Positions 63,473-64,000 of a stretch of 64,000 nucleotides of DNA are shown here, piece after piece. Both the position numbers and the translations under genes were made by a program. Source of the stretch: Moniliella sp. 'wahieum' (lineage: Eukaryota); the NCBI GenBank assembly GCA_003971905.1, contig RSEE01000010.1:496001-560000 (forward strand). Direction: 5' to 3'. Positions within the stretch are counted from its first letter, which is position 1. Each line of letters begins with the position of its first letter. The notes under the pieces are model-generated. The model was not told where the DNA came from. It was given only the letters and a program-made list of their open reading frames with translations, and made no database searches.

Positions 63473-64000
63473 CTTTTTGCCTTCCCCATAGCATGTAACA
63501 CCGTCCTCGCACTGCCGTGGCACCATATTTGCCCTGTTGATTCAACCCAGCCGATGCAGTTCAAGCCGAGGGGTACCAGAAAATGGTAGGGTTTCCTGGA
63601 AGAAGTTTGGGGGCGGGTAGATCACCTCAATAGCATGTGTGGTCCCTGTCTTTCGCTTCGTATACACCGCAGGTGAAGGTGAAGACTTGGCCGTTTTCGT
63701 GGGCGCTTGTGCCATCAGACTCTATGGCCCACATGATTCCCTGATTCCGATGCCACAAGCATCCGGCCCCTGCGTCATCTCACCTCTCTCTCAAGAGCCG
63801 GACAAGAACGGGTTTACTCTTTCCTTTGTCACTCCATCGTGCTCCAATGTTGGTGGTCCATGTGTTCGACGGCAAAAAGCAGGGCGGGGTGCCTCTACGG
63901 GAGTTGTGTTGGTTGGGGAGAGCACGGAAGAAATTCGTTCACTGCACGGCATATAGTAAACAGTGGCCGATCACCTTGGTCAGTTCTGCACCCGTAAGCG

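Overview
Eukaryotic fungal DNA, most likely a basidiomycete of the Ustilaginomycotina. This is inferred from short GT-AG introns, intron-containing tRNAs, and basidiomycete-type Mbp1 and calcineurin sequences. The window holds about 19 protein genes. Recognisable ones are phosphofructokinase, a DUF6533-type 7TM protein, an MDR oxidoreductase, a large HEDL-ending membrane protein, BolA3, galactokinase, an MFS transporter, calcineurin A, an FSH1-type hydrolase, a flavin amine oxidase, a dual-specificity phosphatase, an Mbp1-like APSES factor, chitin deacetylase, a DCAF11-like WD40 protein, a MINDY-like protein and Mkt1. There are also three tRNAs, two solo LTRs with 5-bp target-site duplications, a restriction-like-endonuclease (CRE/Cnl1-type) retrotransposon remnant and an FAHD1 pseudogene. 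Nearly every conserved gene is broken by 1-bp indels, most likely uncorrected sequencing errors, so gene coordinates are approximate. Most interesting observations: (1) a MINDY-fold protein lacking both catalytic residues but carrying five NPF motifs and a ubiquitin-binding MIU motif, a candidate pseudo-deubiquitinase endocytic adaptor; (2) a pervasive intergenic 7-bp pattern of TGA/TCA triplets separated by palindromic 4-mers; (3) an FSH1 hydrolase with Ser->Ala at the nucleophile and an RVxF-bearing insert; (4) a hidden 77-aa protein starting MGSCFS whose first coding exon is only the ATG. Family assignments come from motif recognition by eye; no searches were run.
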